From NCBI GenBank assembly GCA_002269645.1, contig NIVC01000960.1, positions 1-26,974 on the forward strand: DNA of 26,974 nucleotides, read 5' to 3'. The position numbers and the translations under genes were made by a program. Under the pieces are notes generated by a model. The model did no database searches, was not told the DNA's origin, and saw nothing but the letters and a program-made list of their open reading frames with translations. Numbering within the stretch: position 1 is the stretch's first letter; the number at the start of each line of letters is the position of its first letter. The stretch comes from Macrostomum lignano. Taxonomy: Eukaryota. Shown piece after piece: positions 9,817 through 20,659 of this stretch.

Positions 9817-10155
9817 GTGATCGCAGCCACCAATCGAGTTGACATCCTCGACCCCGCCCTGCTCCGTTCGAGCCGACTGGATCGAAAAATCGAATTCCCA
9901 GCCCCGAACGAAGAAGCCAGAGCCAGGATTATGCAAATCCATTCGCGCAAAATGAACGTCAGATCCGATGTCAATTTTGACGAGTTGGCCAGGTGCACAG
10001 ATGATTTCAATGGCGCTCAGTGCAAAGCGGTCTGCGTTGAGGCTGGCATGCTGGCGCTGAGGCGTGGCGCCACTAGCGTCTCGCACGAAGACTTTATGGA
10101 CGCCATACTTGAGGTTCAGGCTAAGAAAAAGAGCAGCCTGAACTATTATGCTTGA
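9817..10155 (+). CDS. PSMC3: PSMC3/Rpt5 terminal exon
   Basis: Acceptor TTTCAG|GTG; [28 protein letters not shown]...[12 protein letters not shown]...[15 protein letters not shown]; TGA stop. Confidence 0.96.
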   Translation: MIAATNRVDILDPALLRSSRLDRKIEFPAPNEEARARIMQIHSRKMNVRSDVNFDELARCTDDFNGAQCKAVCVEAGMLALRRGATSVSHEDFMDAILEVQAKKKSSLNYYA

Positions 10156-10176
10156 GATGGTTTGATTGACTACTGT

Positions 10177-10182
10177 AATAAA
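10177..10182 (+). terminator. Putative polyadenylation signal of PSMC3
   Basis: AATAAA about 21 nt after the stop codon. Confidence 0.65.
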
Positions 10183-11760
10183 ACTTGCGTCTCGAATGTG
10201 TTTAGTGTGCTAACAGTGTTCACTGGGGGTTGAGCAAGAATGCATCTATAACCTTACTGTACAAGCACCTGTGTTGCCGTCTAAATCAATGCATATTCCT
10301 GGTATTTTCTTTTTTGAATAATCTCCAACTCTTATCTCACCGAGTCACCGTCTCTCGTTCAAATCTCTTCCAATGTCTCTATAGTTTCGAATCACACTTT
10401 CATCTATTTTGTCACACCTTTTCCACTCTTTAAAGTCAGTCCTATCTTATTGGTTAGTTTCCTATTCAACGTATTGAGTATTATTTTTCACAATCAATAT
10501 TCGTACTATATGCATATATTCGTATACGCTGCCCTATACTAACTGTTGATTGCTACTTACAGTAGGATAAAACGCGCTAAAACTCTTTCAGTTGCAGCTC
10601 AGTTTATAATCCCGATAAATAGGAAGCAATAAAAACTTGCATATCTAGTATATCCTCTATTTTACTTATAGTAGTAGTTTAAGCAAAAGGTTATTCAGAC
10701 ATCGGTTAGTGATTTTTCAGTGTCTAGCATTTTTTGATTTTGTTAGTGTTTTACTTTTTTATCATTCAGTTCCGTAACTTGCTATACAACCTACTAAAAT
10801 GTGTCCACTAACTATACTGTATTTGTTATGACTTTAAATAACTTGAATAAACTTGATTTCAATTTAATAGCTCTATTTCAGTTGGTTTGAATTCAAATAA
10901 ATTTCTTGTTCTCTTTCAATCTTCGTTCCACCTCTATCTTAAAATTTTAGAAAACAAAGCTTTTATTAAAAGTTAGGTTAGTCTTTAATATAAGAGTTAG
11001 AAGTGAACTTATAATGCAAAGTTTTATAAATTTATAAATTAGTATTTTACTGATGAAAATCACAAAACGCATGCTCTAGTCTGGTAAAAAAATGAAAAGT
11101 CCAGGATATATGCATCAACCAGTAAGAATTATAGTAAACAGCAAATAAACTCATAAGGCAGAAGAAGCAAGTGTTAAAAAGTTAACATGCTCATACAATT
11201 AATTATTGACATTGAAATGTTATGATATTCTAGTATTTTTTCTGTTACATAAATACAAAGTATTGTTTAATGCCCTTTAATGGATTAGATTTCAGCATAG
11301 ATATTGTAAGTTCAATTACAACCAATATAATTATATTTAGCTTGGTAATTGGTATATAAGTAATTTGTTAAGCATGTCTGACTTCAAAATGATTTTACCT
11401 TTTACAGAGCCAGGTGAGAGAAAGATCGATTAAAAATATAAACTTAAAAATTTCGGAAATTTTAGTGTTTATTTTCATTGAAAACCTAAAGTTTGTTTTT
11501 ATACAAAATTCCATTAGGATATTCGATTTTTTAAAATTAGACTCCTTTTAAAAGAAGAAAAAAGAAAAAAGTAAGAAAGTGTACGATACAGATAAACACT
11601 GCTAAGATTGACAGACTGTTGTGATAATATGTTTATTATTACAAATTTTCGTATGCTCTGTCACTACTAATGCACAGCCAAATATTAAATAGCTATCTAG
11701 TATTTTATCATATTTAAAGTTCCTGTGTCTTAGATGTTACAGCAAACAAAAAGCAAACTG

Positions 11761-12360
11761 TTAGGACTTGTGAGAGTTGCAACACCATTGAAATGAGTCA
11801 GCCTGGCTAAGCTTCTTCCTGTTGGAGACACTTGTCCAAGAGCATTGGCAGCAGTATGCTGTGTGCTGCGGCGAATTAGATAGCTTCTTACTCAAGTTTT
11901 GCCTGTCAGGCATGAAGTTCCGAAAGAACATATAGTTTACAGACGATACCCAATGTTGACCGCGGAAAATTAAAACTTGAAAGTCGCACTTCATGCAATG
12001 CATATTGTCACAGGCTTTCTCCTGCATTAGGCTACAATGCCCATACTCCATCTCCTTTGGACCAGCCAGAAAAATAGACCTACACTTCAAAGTAGGTGTT
12101 TCATTCGAGTAGTCTTTGGCGGTCAGCGGTGCTTCAGTCGAAGATTTCTGTGGATGTGACTTGCTTTTCTTGCTATCAGATTCGATTTCGTCAAGAGATT
12201 TGAGCAGGTCGCTAGCATCGCTAGTTTTTGTTGCAGTTGTAGAGTTCACCTTAGTTGAATTGTTGGTCTTCACAGAGTTCACAGGAGTCAAAGTGGACTT
12301 TTTTTGCAATGAGCCTTCAATTTGATCCAGCAGATCGTCAACGTCATCTATTCCAGCCAT
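11761..12360 (-). CDS. CFAP418: Cilia- and flagella-associated protein 418 (C8orf37; retinal-maintenance domain), single-exon CDS, 199 aa (alternative start at 12375)
   Basis: N-terminal DDVDDLLDQIE; C-terminal Cys-rich domain ACDNMHCMKCDFQV...W...NYMFFRNFMPD...AYCCQCSW...W.C..H, matching the C8orf37 pattern as recalled; AATAAA on the - strand at 11632-11637. Confidence 0.88.
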   Translation of the reverse strand: MAGIDDVDDLLDQIEGSLQKKSTLTPVNSVKTNNSTKVNSTTATKTSDASDLLKSLDEIESDSKKSKSHPQKSSTEAPLTAKDYSNETPTLKCRSIFLAGPKEMEYGHCSLMQEKACDNMHCMKCDFQVLIFRGQHWVSSVNYMFFRNFMPDRQNLSKKLSNSPQHTAYCCQCSWTSVSNRKKLSQADSFQWCCNSHKS

Positions 12361-13930
12361 TTCAGCTTCTTTCATATAACTAATAGAAAAAATATGCCTG
12401 AAGTAAGTACGTTGAAATGCTGACAAAGCAAAAGATTTATTTATGCTGAAGGTTTATTTTTTCATACTATAATTACAAATAAATAAAAACACTAAATAGA
12501 AAATACGACGAAAAATATTTTATTTATTTTTATGAAATAACTACAAAACTTTGTTATTCTTTAACAAAACGTTATAAAGTACGGAATAAGTTGAAACCTA
12601 AATTGCTAGTATTCCGCATTGGGACGAAAGTTACAAATTGCTTAGTCGCTTAAGAGCCCCTGACTCGAAGAAAGATCGATTTTTATTATAAATTCATATT
12701 AATTTATTGCGTTCATTAAATTTGACTTTCTTAATTAGTAGCTAATCCTAAATTAGTCTAAAAACTGAAGATTTTTGATTGCACGAGGAGATATTTTTAA
12801 TATCTTCTTGATATTTTGTACCTGTAATACAAAACCAACATTCACGTATTACGTTGCTAGTATCCTTGTAGAATCCTCAATTAAATAAATGAAAGATTTT
12901 TTAATTGCACTAAAATATTGATTTTTGTGAATGGAACAGTAGGACAGTAGTAGCAAAAATCCTGAATATATATTTACTACAAAAACACCGTAAAGCACCG
13001 GAGATAAATTTGTCTTAACTTCAAGATTAACAAATTTCTGCATAATTATAAGTTGAATTTCGGGATTGCATGAGTTACAGATATCTTGCAAAGCTTTGAA
13101 ACTCACATTCAAACAAGTGAACAAAAATATTGTTACATTTTTTTTTCTAGGATAAACTCAAGATGTATTGAACCAGATAGATTGCGTTGACTGTACTGTA
13201 CCTGCGTGGAAATACAAGTAAAGTTTCGGAACAAAAAACACAAGTCATGGTTGGTTTTACTTCTAAAATTTAAGCGATAAATTATAAGTTCAAACAATTA
13301 TTTTCGATTACACTATTGAACTAGAAAGGTTTTTTACTGAAATTGAAACGGAGTGTTAACCAAATCGATTTCATTTATAATAATTTAAAAATAAAATACA
13401 AAGTATTTGACTTAATGCAATCCAGAATAATAACACAAAAAGTGATCATATTATATTAACCTTGAAACTTTATTACAACACAAAAATGGCATAACAGCCA
13501 CAGAAAGGAATTAGAAGTAGAGATAAGCGGAAATACATCGATGCATGCCCACAACAGGAATTGATTTCTGGTCGAATATATTTATGCCTCATATTTACAA
13601 ATCAGAATGTAGATATTTATAAACTTTATAGACTACTTGTACTATAAAGCGTGAGCGCAACTATACCGAGGATCAAAGCAGATTTAATGTTTAAGGCAGC
13701 AAGGTAAGATTCAGCGATAGAAGCTTACAATTTATTATTTAAATTCGCGCGAAAAAAAATCGAAATCTTATGACATCTCGTTTTCAGGGTTGCTAAAAGC
13801 AAACTAGGCCTTATTACAGTTAATGTGGTGACAAAATTAAGACATTGGAATAAGAGCGTTTGAATAGGCATAAAACATTTAGCTCGTATAATTGATCCGT
13901 AATTTAATGTCACGTAGAAAAAATGTAGTA

Positions 13931-14267
13931 CCTCTCAGGCATTCGATCAATAATCACAAAGCGAATAACGTATCCTCTGGTTGGTCGTCTCGGTGCTTAA
14001 GCGTACGCGAACGATCCGACGAAGAAGCAGCGGTGCCAGCGCTAGTATAGTTCTGTTGCTGTTGCTGTTGAAGAAACAAGTTGAAATCCGAGCTAGAAAC
14101 GCCTGACGTAGCTGTCTGGGATGCCGCTCCCCCCGCTGTTGCTATGCCGGTGCGCTGAGCCAGGCCGTTCTGCAGGCCGGTCGCCAGCTGCTGGCCACCG
14201 TCAGTGGCGCCTGCGTAGGCGGCAGCCCCGCTCATGCCAGCTCGGTTGCGATCGAATGCCTGAGAGG
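13931..14267. repeat. Perfect 18-bp inverted repeat (arms 13931-13948 and 14250-14267) bracketing the TOM1 terminal exon
   Basis: CCTCTCAGGCATTCGATC is the exact reverse complement of GATCGAATGCCTGAGAGG. Confidence 0.95.
13954..14259 (-). CDS. TOM1: TOM1-family terminal exon 5
   Basis: Acceptor CCTCTCAG|GCA TTC; ...GVSSSDFNLFLQ...EDTLFAL* matches the TOM1/TOM1L2 C-terminal (E/D)FDxFL and LFAL* signatures; AATAAA on the - strand at 13731-13736. Confidence 0.9.
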   Translation of the reverse strand, partial: AFDRNRAGMSGAAAYAGATDGGQQLATGLQNGLAQRTGIATAGGAASQTATSGVSSSDFNLFLQQQQQQNYTSAGTAASSSDRSRTLKHRDDQPEDTLFAL

Positions 14268-14499
14268 CAGGTAGATTCAAGTAAAAAGCATCAGATATGA
14301 GATTACTTGCTACTATTAAAGAGCTTGAAAATCCCCGGGTTATTCCAAAAAAATCACGACAGTTTCAGCTGAAGGATGTAGGGTGCTCATTGCTCATACT
14401 AAAGCCTTCAGGAAAATCTGGCACGGTGCCCCAACAACTGACTGAGGATCTGGAAGGCTCCGTGGAGCATTCCAGTCTCTAGGAGGATACTCACGAGTA

Positions 14500-15090
14500 A
14501 GGGCTGGCCCAGGAACTGAGAATCTGGGAGGCTGGCCCAGCAACTGACACTCTTGGAAGTGGCCCAGCAACTGACACTCTTGGAAGTGGCCCAGCAACTG
14601 ACACTCTGGGAGGCTGGCCCAGCAACTGACACTCTGGGAGGCTGGCCCAGCAACTGACACTCTGGGAGGCTGGCCTAGCAACTGACACTCTTGGAAGTGG
14701 CCCAGCAACTGACACTCTGGGAGGCTGGCCCAGCAACTGACACTCTGGGAGGCTGGCCCAGCAACTGACACTCTGGAGGCTGGCCCAGCAACTGACACTC
14801 TGGGAGGCTGGCCTAGCAACTGAGGATCTGGGAGGCTGGCCAAGCAACTGACACTCTTGGAGGCTGGCCAAGCAACTGATGAGATCTGAGAGGCTGGCCC
14901 AGCAACTGATGAGATGTGGGAGGCTGACCCAGCAACTGACACTCTTGGAGGCTGGCCCAGCAACTGACACTCTTGGAGGCTGGCCCAGCAACTGACACTC
15001 TGGGAGGCTGACCCAGCAAACTGACACTCTGGGAGGCTGGCCCAGCAACTGAGGATCTGGGAGGCTGGCCCAGCAACTGAGGATCTGGGA
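14500..15090. repeat. 28-bp intronic minisatellite (GGGAGGCTGGCCCAGCAACTGACACTCT), ~21 copies
   Basis: 28-nt spacing of CCAGCAACTG; in TOM1 intron 14260-15145. Confidence 0.95.
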
Positions 15091-15145
15091 GGGCTTACTA
15101 AAGAATAAAACAATGCATCTATGCTCAGCTAGCCGCTAACAGTAC

Positions 15146-15428
15146 CTGCCGACTGCTAGCAAACATGTCAAATTCATCAGACTGTTCCAATGGCTGCTGC
15201 TGTTGCACAGATTGCGAACCGGCTTGGGTAATCTGGAGGCCAGCCAACTGCTGCCCAATGGATGACGGCTTCGGCTCGTCTGGTGTAGAGAAATCAATCA
15301 GCGGTGCCGCCTGCGGCTCGGGAGGCTGCGATGAAGCTGGAACCGGAGGCGGCTGCTGCAGAGCATCAGGCCGATTGAACATGGGATTAAATGAAGGCTG
15401 CTGTTGTTGTTGTTGCACTTGTGGTTGC
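15146..15428 (-). CDS. TOM1: TOM1-family exon 4 (Q/P-rich; LIDF and DEFDMFA motifs)
   Basis: Acceptor TTCCGCAG|G; ...PLIDFS...QQLAGLQI...SDEFDMFASSRQ; donor CAG|GTACTG; phases consistent. Confidence 0.88.
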
Positions 15429-15584
15429 CTGCGGAATAAATAAAATGAACGAATATTAGCATCAAACAGTACCACGGGAGGTACCTTTTTAAGGTTCATA
15501 TGGATAATTCGAAAGTTACATTTGAATGTCAGTAGACTTTAAACTCAGTGATATTGAAAGTTTCTGTAACTAAAAGACATTTAC

Positions 15585-15935
15585 GGTTGGCCATACTTGA
15601 TGCTTAGTCAAAATTCAGAGTTGCTCATAAATTATGGGTTGGTCATGCGTAGTAGTAGGTCATACTTAGGAGCTGGTCATATTAAAGGGTTGATCATAAT
15701 GAGGAGTTGGTCATAAACTATGGTTTGCTCATGTTTTGGAGTTGGTCATACTCAAGAGTTGGTCATACTTAACAGTAAGTCATGCATAGGAGTAATTGGT
15801 CATACTTAGGAGTAATTGGTCATACTTAGGAGTAATTGGTCATGCATAGGAGTAATTGGTCATGCTTAGGAGTTGGTCATAAATTACGGGTTGCTCATAT
15901 TTTAGAGTCGGTCATAGTTAGGCGTTGGTCATAAC
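15585..15935. repeat. Degenerate ~17-22-bp intronic minisatellite (core TTGGTCATA; e.g. CATACTTAGGAGTAATTGGT)
   Basis: Recurrent TTGGTCAT/TTGCTCAT core; in TOM1 intron 15429-15967. Confidence 0.85.
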
Positions 15936-15967
15936 TTGATAAGCTATCAAACTTAAAGAAAACAAAC

Positions 15968-16197
15968 CTATTCGCCTCTCGATAACGTTCGAACCGATCG
16001 AATCGCAGAAATCCGTTGTTTAAATCGTCATTGATACGCAGCAGCTCTCCGACAACTTCGTCGTTGGCTATGACGTCCACTAGTTCAACAATTCTCTGCT
16101 GCATCTGCCGGTTAGTGCGATTTAACTCTTGCAGCAGTGACAGGTCCTCCGGTTGCACTGAGTCTGGTGACAGCTCGTTCAGCATCTCGTTGAATAC
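15968..16197 (-). CDS. TOM1: TOM1-family exon 3 (GAT domain)
   Basis: Acceptor ATCAG|GTA; VFNEML.EL.P.....EDLSLLQELNRTNRQMQQRIVEL...ELLRINDDLNNGFLRFDRFERYR; donor AG|GTTTGT. Confidence 0.93.
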
Positions 16198-16240
16198 CTG
16201 ATTGTGTGATGGGGCAAAATGCAATTGTATACAATCGTAA

Positions 16241-16483
16241 TCATGATGATGATGCTCATATAGTCAAAATAATAACAACCATGATGATCATATAGTCACA
16301 ATACTCATAACCATAATGATGATCATATAGTCACAATTCTCATAACCATGATGATGATCATATAGTCACAATACTCACAATCATGATGATGTTCATATAG
16401 TCACAATACTCATAACCATGATGATGATCATATAGTCACAGTACTCATAACCATGATGATGTTCATATAGTCACAATACTCAT
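16241..16483. repeat. 35-bp intronic minisatellite (CATGATGATGATCATATAGTCACAATACTCATAAC), ~7 copies
   Basis: CATATAGTCACA at 16289, 16324, 16359, 16394, 16429, 16464 (35-nt period); TOM1 intron 16198-16610. Confidence 0.95.
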
Positions 16484-16610
16484 TTTATTAAAATGCTCCA
16501 ATAAAAGTCACAAGACTTAAAAAAAAGTAATTCGTACTGTTAATACTCCTGCTCCTAAAGAAGATACTAATAGACTCACTATGCTCATAACAAAACTTTC
16601 GGTTAATCAC

Positions 16611-17103
16611 CTTAACATTTCCAAGCACAATGTCCAATTCTGAGCGCAGCTTAGCCAACTGTTCAGGACTAGGCGTTGCGATTGGTCTCGATCTTTGACC
16701 GGACACCTGTTGATGCTGCTGATGAGGCTGAGTAGAGTGATGCTGCTGCTGCTGTTTAGACTGCTGCTGCGGACGTCGATTTGGCGATACGGGGCCAGAA
16801 TCGGCGCCAAAGTCGTTGCTAGGGAGAACAGCTATCGAATCGTGATTAGTAGAAGCGGCAGCTGCAGAGGCTGCGGATCTGGCTGGGGTGTTGATCGGCG
16901 CCATGGAGTCCAGATCGGTCATAGGAAATTCGACGCCTTTGCTGCGCAATTCCTCAACCAGACGCTCGACTTCGCGCAGTTCTGGCCGACCGCGAAACGC
17001 ATCCGACCAGGCTTGGAGCAGGCCGAGCACTCGGTCCTGGATCTGCTGCGGCGGCTCGTTCTTGGGGCTGATGAGGCGGACCAGCTCGTCCAGGAAGTCG
17101 CGT
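16611..17103 (-). CDS. TOM1: TOM1-family exon 2 (VHS end, linker, GAT start)
   Basis: Acceptor TTCCCAG|A CGC GAC; RDFLDELVRLISPKNEPP..IQDRVLGLLQAWSDAF...GVEFPMTDLDSMAPINTP...EQLAKLRSELDIVLGNVK; donor AAG|GTGATT. Confidence 0.92.
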
Positions 17104-17174
17104 CTGGGAACGGAGATTTCAGAGGGGCGGCGAATGGGGTGATTTTAATCCTATCTGACGGCTAAGTAATGCAG

Positions 17175-17737
<563 letters not shown>

Positions 17738-17785
17738 TTATTTACCAAAAGATCAGCCAAATGGATCAACAAAAATAAAACTCAC

Positions 17786-18075
17786 TTAGCAACCAGCAGG
17801 TGAAATCTGAATCCGCAATTCTTGACGCAAGTCTCCAGCACACTCAGACTGTACTGGACAGCACTGTTGCTGCGCCCAGCCGATGTTGTTAATCGTCGAC
17901 GAAGCGCTCGAAGAGCATCGCGAGGCCCCTCTTCTAATTCGTTAACAGCATCGCATACGGCCATTAGCAGAGCCCAATCCTCTCCTGATTGGGCCCCATC
18001 GGTGGCCCGTTCAACCAACTGACCAACTGGTGTAGAAAATGGATTGCCTTGCAGAATGTTTGACACAGTCTGCAT
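17786..18075 (-). CDS. TOM1: TOM1/TOM1L2-family protein, coding exon 1 (VHS domain N-part)
   Basis: [27 protein letters not shown]...EDWAL...CD..NE.EEGPRDA..A...[15 protein letters not shown]; donor AA|GTGAG. The five exons total 1602 nt (533 aa + stop). TOM1 versus TOM1L2 orthology is not resolvable by eye. Confidence 0.93.
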
Positions 18076-18889
18076 GCTTGTTTGATTTTCCCAATTCTCG
18101 ATTGTAAACAATTTATATCGAATAGCTTAGCTAAAGAGGTCTGGCAGGAAAAATCAAAGGCATGAAGTGATAGCATTTTGAGTAAGATAGCTAGTTATTC
18201 ACCAGATAAGTTTGTCATATAGATTTCAGTAGTCTAGATTAGGCTCTACTTGGAGCATTATTATTATTGTTTGGCTTTCTTGCTTCTAAGGGCAGACATA
18301 AGTAGTTACATTTGGTGCAGTAGCTAAAGTTGAGGCAGCCTTATTTATTTTACAAGCGTATTTACCAGACAGGCCAAATCATTCACCCACTAATTGAGCA
18401 GTAGAGAATGCACAACAATTAGTTAATACAACAAGCTGTCTATGGCCAAAGCTCTATTAACTGCCTACAAATTATGGTAGGCAGTGAAGGCCATTAATTG
18501 CCTAAGCATTCTAAAGTTTATTATAAACAATACTAAAACAAAATATGGTATATTTTTGCAACCAACAAAACCATATGCATAATGACATTGTCTTATGAAT
18601 GTATTTTGATTGGCCTTTAACAATTATTTCAAAGCATTTTAATAATGACAAGCTGTTGAAACCCGCGGATTTTGAACCCGGGGAATTTCAATCCCTGAAC
18701 TATTTTTGCATGTATTCTAAAATCTGAGGTCTAACTCAAACAAAAACTTGTTAATAGTTACGAAAGAGTTAAACATAAAATAGAGTACACATTTGTGTAA
18801 AATTAGGATTTGAGGCAAACATTGATATTGTTGGCTAGGGTGCTGCGCAGAATGTCAGGCAAACTCTGGCAGTCTGGCTGGCCTCTGCC

Positions 18890-19182
18890 TCTGCATCTGC
18901 CTCTCTGTCTCCTTTTGCCCCTTGGATCCTTTGAAATTTCTATCTTCTCTTCTGTTTCCTCTCTTCTCTCTCGTCTCTTGTCTCTTCCTTCTCTTCTCAC
19001 TCCTTACTCTACCTTTTCAACACTTCCTTCATCTACTCCTCTCCCCTTTCTCATCTCTTCTCTCAACTGTCTCCTCTCCTCTCTCCACTCTCTCCTCTCA
19101 TCTCTTTCCTCACCTCTTTTCTCTCTTATCTCTTCCCATTACTCTCTGCTTGCTCCTCTCTCTTTCTGTCTCTGTCTCTCTT

Positions 19183-19257
<75 letters not shown>
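18890..19257. repeat. CT-rich low-complexity tract ending in (TCTGTC)n and (TC)n
   Basis: Pure (TC)n at about 19200-19257, abutting the Penelope-like fragment. Confidence 0.93.
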
Positions 19258-19259
<2 letters not shown>

Positions 19260-19906
19260 GGGACCAACAACCAATCTGGGTTTGCTTCCTAAAGGGTTCC
19301 ATCCCTGTGGGTCATCACGCTGCAAATGCTGCACCCACTCACCACCTGCTCTCTCCGCCCAGGGGCTGAAACCGGCTTCCGGTTTTTTAATCTCTCAGAG
19401 CCTGTCCTGTGGCTCCAAGAACATCATCTATGGCATCTCCTGCAACCAGTGCCACCCTGGGAAGATCTTCTATGTAGGGATGACAAGAAGAACAATGAGA
19501 TAGAATGAACCAACACAGGTCAAATATTAACAGGAGGGTCGTAACTTCGGGGTCAGAGCACTTTCTCACCCCCAATCACTCGATTGCAAACTTTGTCTCC
19601 ATTGCTATCGAACAAATTCTTAATAACAACAAAATCGAACTTAGGGAAGAAATCTGGATTAAAAAACTGGGGACTGACAAACCGCCGGGTACGAACATCA
19701 GGGTTGACAATCATCTTCTCCGACCCATCCCATTGGTCCTTCCTTTTCACCCATCTACGGTCTGGCTTGCCAACGAGATTGCTAAAAACTTTGATAAGCT
19801 ACAAAATAAACCAGGCTCCCGCATACTGCCCGCATTTACACGGCAACGTAACTTACAAAGCCTCCTGGCGCCCAATAGGTTCAAGTCTCAGCCAGGAAAC
19901 CATTGA
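19258..19906 (+). pseudogene. GIY-YIG endonuclease ORF of the Penelope-like element, frameshifted at ~19500
   Basis: ATG AGA TAG A ATG AAC; restoring a GA dinucleotide (ATG AGA GAT AGA ATG) gives TMRDRMNQHRS and joins the 18922..19503 and 19505..19906 frames. Confidence 0.85.
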
Positions 19907-20262
19907 ATATTTTAACCAATGCGCTATTTGTACCTATAGAACTACAATATTTATTCACTTTGTCGTGTATTTTATTCAAACTGCTTGATTGTACGCGCAA
20001 ATATCGATTTTTATGCTCCCACCCTCAATACCGCATTTTATTTAATCGTACTTCGAAAAAACAATTTTTTAATATACTAAATATACCGTCGCTTAAACTG
20101 ACCGGTTGAAAGCCTCTGGGACAAGTTAGAGCTAGAATGAACCCAGTTTAAATGTACACCCCTCATATGTACAGCAGCTCAGCAATTTTATTTGACTGAG
20201 AAAACTAATACTTAAAAGACTTAAGACTTAAAAGACTTGCACTGCATGAAACACTGATTTTT

Positions 20263-20300
20263 GGCCTGACGAAGAGCCCAGAGGCTCGAAACCGGTAGCC
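20263..20300 (+). ncRNA. Minimal type I hammerhead ribozyme (Penelope-type)
   Basis: Stem I GGC/GCC; core CTGACGA(20266-72)+A; stem II GAGCC-CAGA-GGCTC; GAAA(20288-91); palindromic stem III ACCGGT; GUA triplet with cleavage after A20297. Confidence 0.85.
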
Positions 20301-20659
20301 CATATTAAATTAATTAGTCTTTTGATTTTTTAAACACGCCGTGACCTCTCTTCTCTCTCTCTCTCTCTCTAAAATTGAATATAAACATGACAGCAACCCC
20401 AGCCCGTCTTTGCTTTAGACTACTAAGACCTCCCTTGTTGACCTGTATGGAAGAATGAGAGAGGGGGTCGTAAACATTCTGAAGGAAACTTATCCCTAGC
20501 CTTTCATTGCTGAATCGTGTCTGCGTGACTGGCGTCAGCTTCGTATGCAATCAACAAAGATTTTTATTACCCCCCTTCCCTTAATAAATTGGCTAGTAAC
20601 ATTAATAACTAATAATATTTAATAACATTAATAAACTAATAATTAATAACTAATAATCT

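Larger units (their letters stand above)
19258..20345 (+). mobile_element. 5'-truncated Penelope-like retroelement (Neptune-like): Zn-finger + GIY-YIG endonuclease + 3' region with hammerhead; RT absent
   Basis: GFHPCGSSRCKCC, NIIYGISCNQC..IFYVGMTRR, RMNQHRS, EHF..PNHS, IEQ, WIKKLGT..P.GTN; hammerhead at 20263-20300; (TC)n on both sides. The right boundary is approximate. Confidence 0.85.

Noticed and set aside
12853-12865. Possible RFX X-box (GTTGCTAGTATCC) upstream of ciliary gene CFAP418
   Set aside because: Only one good half-site, and the TSS is unknown; it cannot be distinguished from chance.
14100-14170. Apparent absence of the vertebrate TOM1 IExWL myosin-VI-binding motif in the terminal exon
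   Set aside because: The region is low-complexity and alignment by eye is unreliable; it needs an ortholog alignment.
18654-18705. CCCGCGGAT/CCCGGGGAAT/AATCCCTG words resembling the 22.1-kb MITE
   Set aside because: Too short and degenerate; no TIR pair or TSD.
20420-20560. Stop-interrupted frame (..EGVVNILKETYP*PFIAESC..) faintly like a Penelope RT-thumb segment
   Set aside because: Similarity rests on a few residues and cannot be supported without a profile search.
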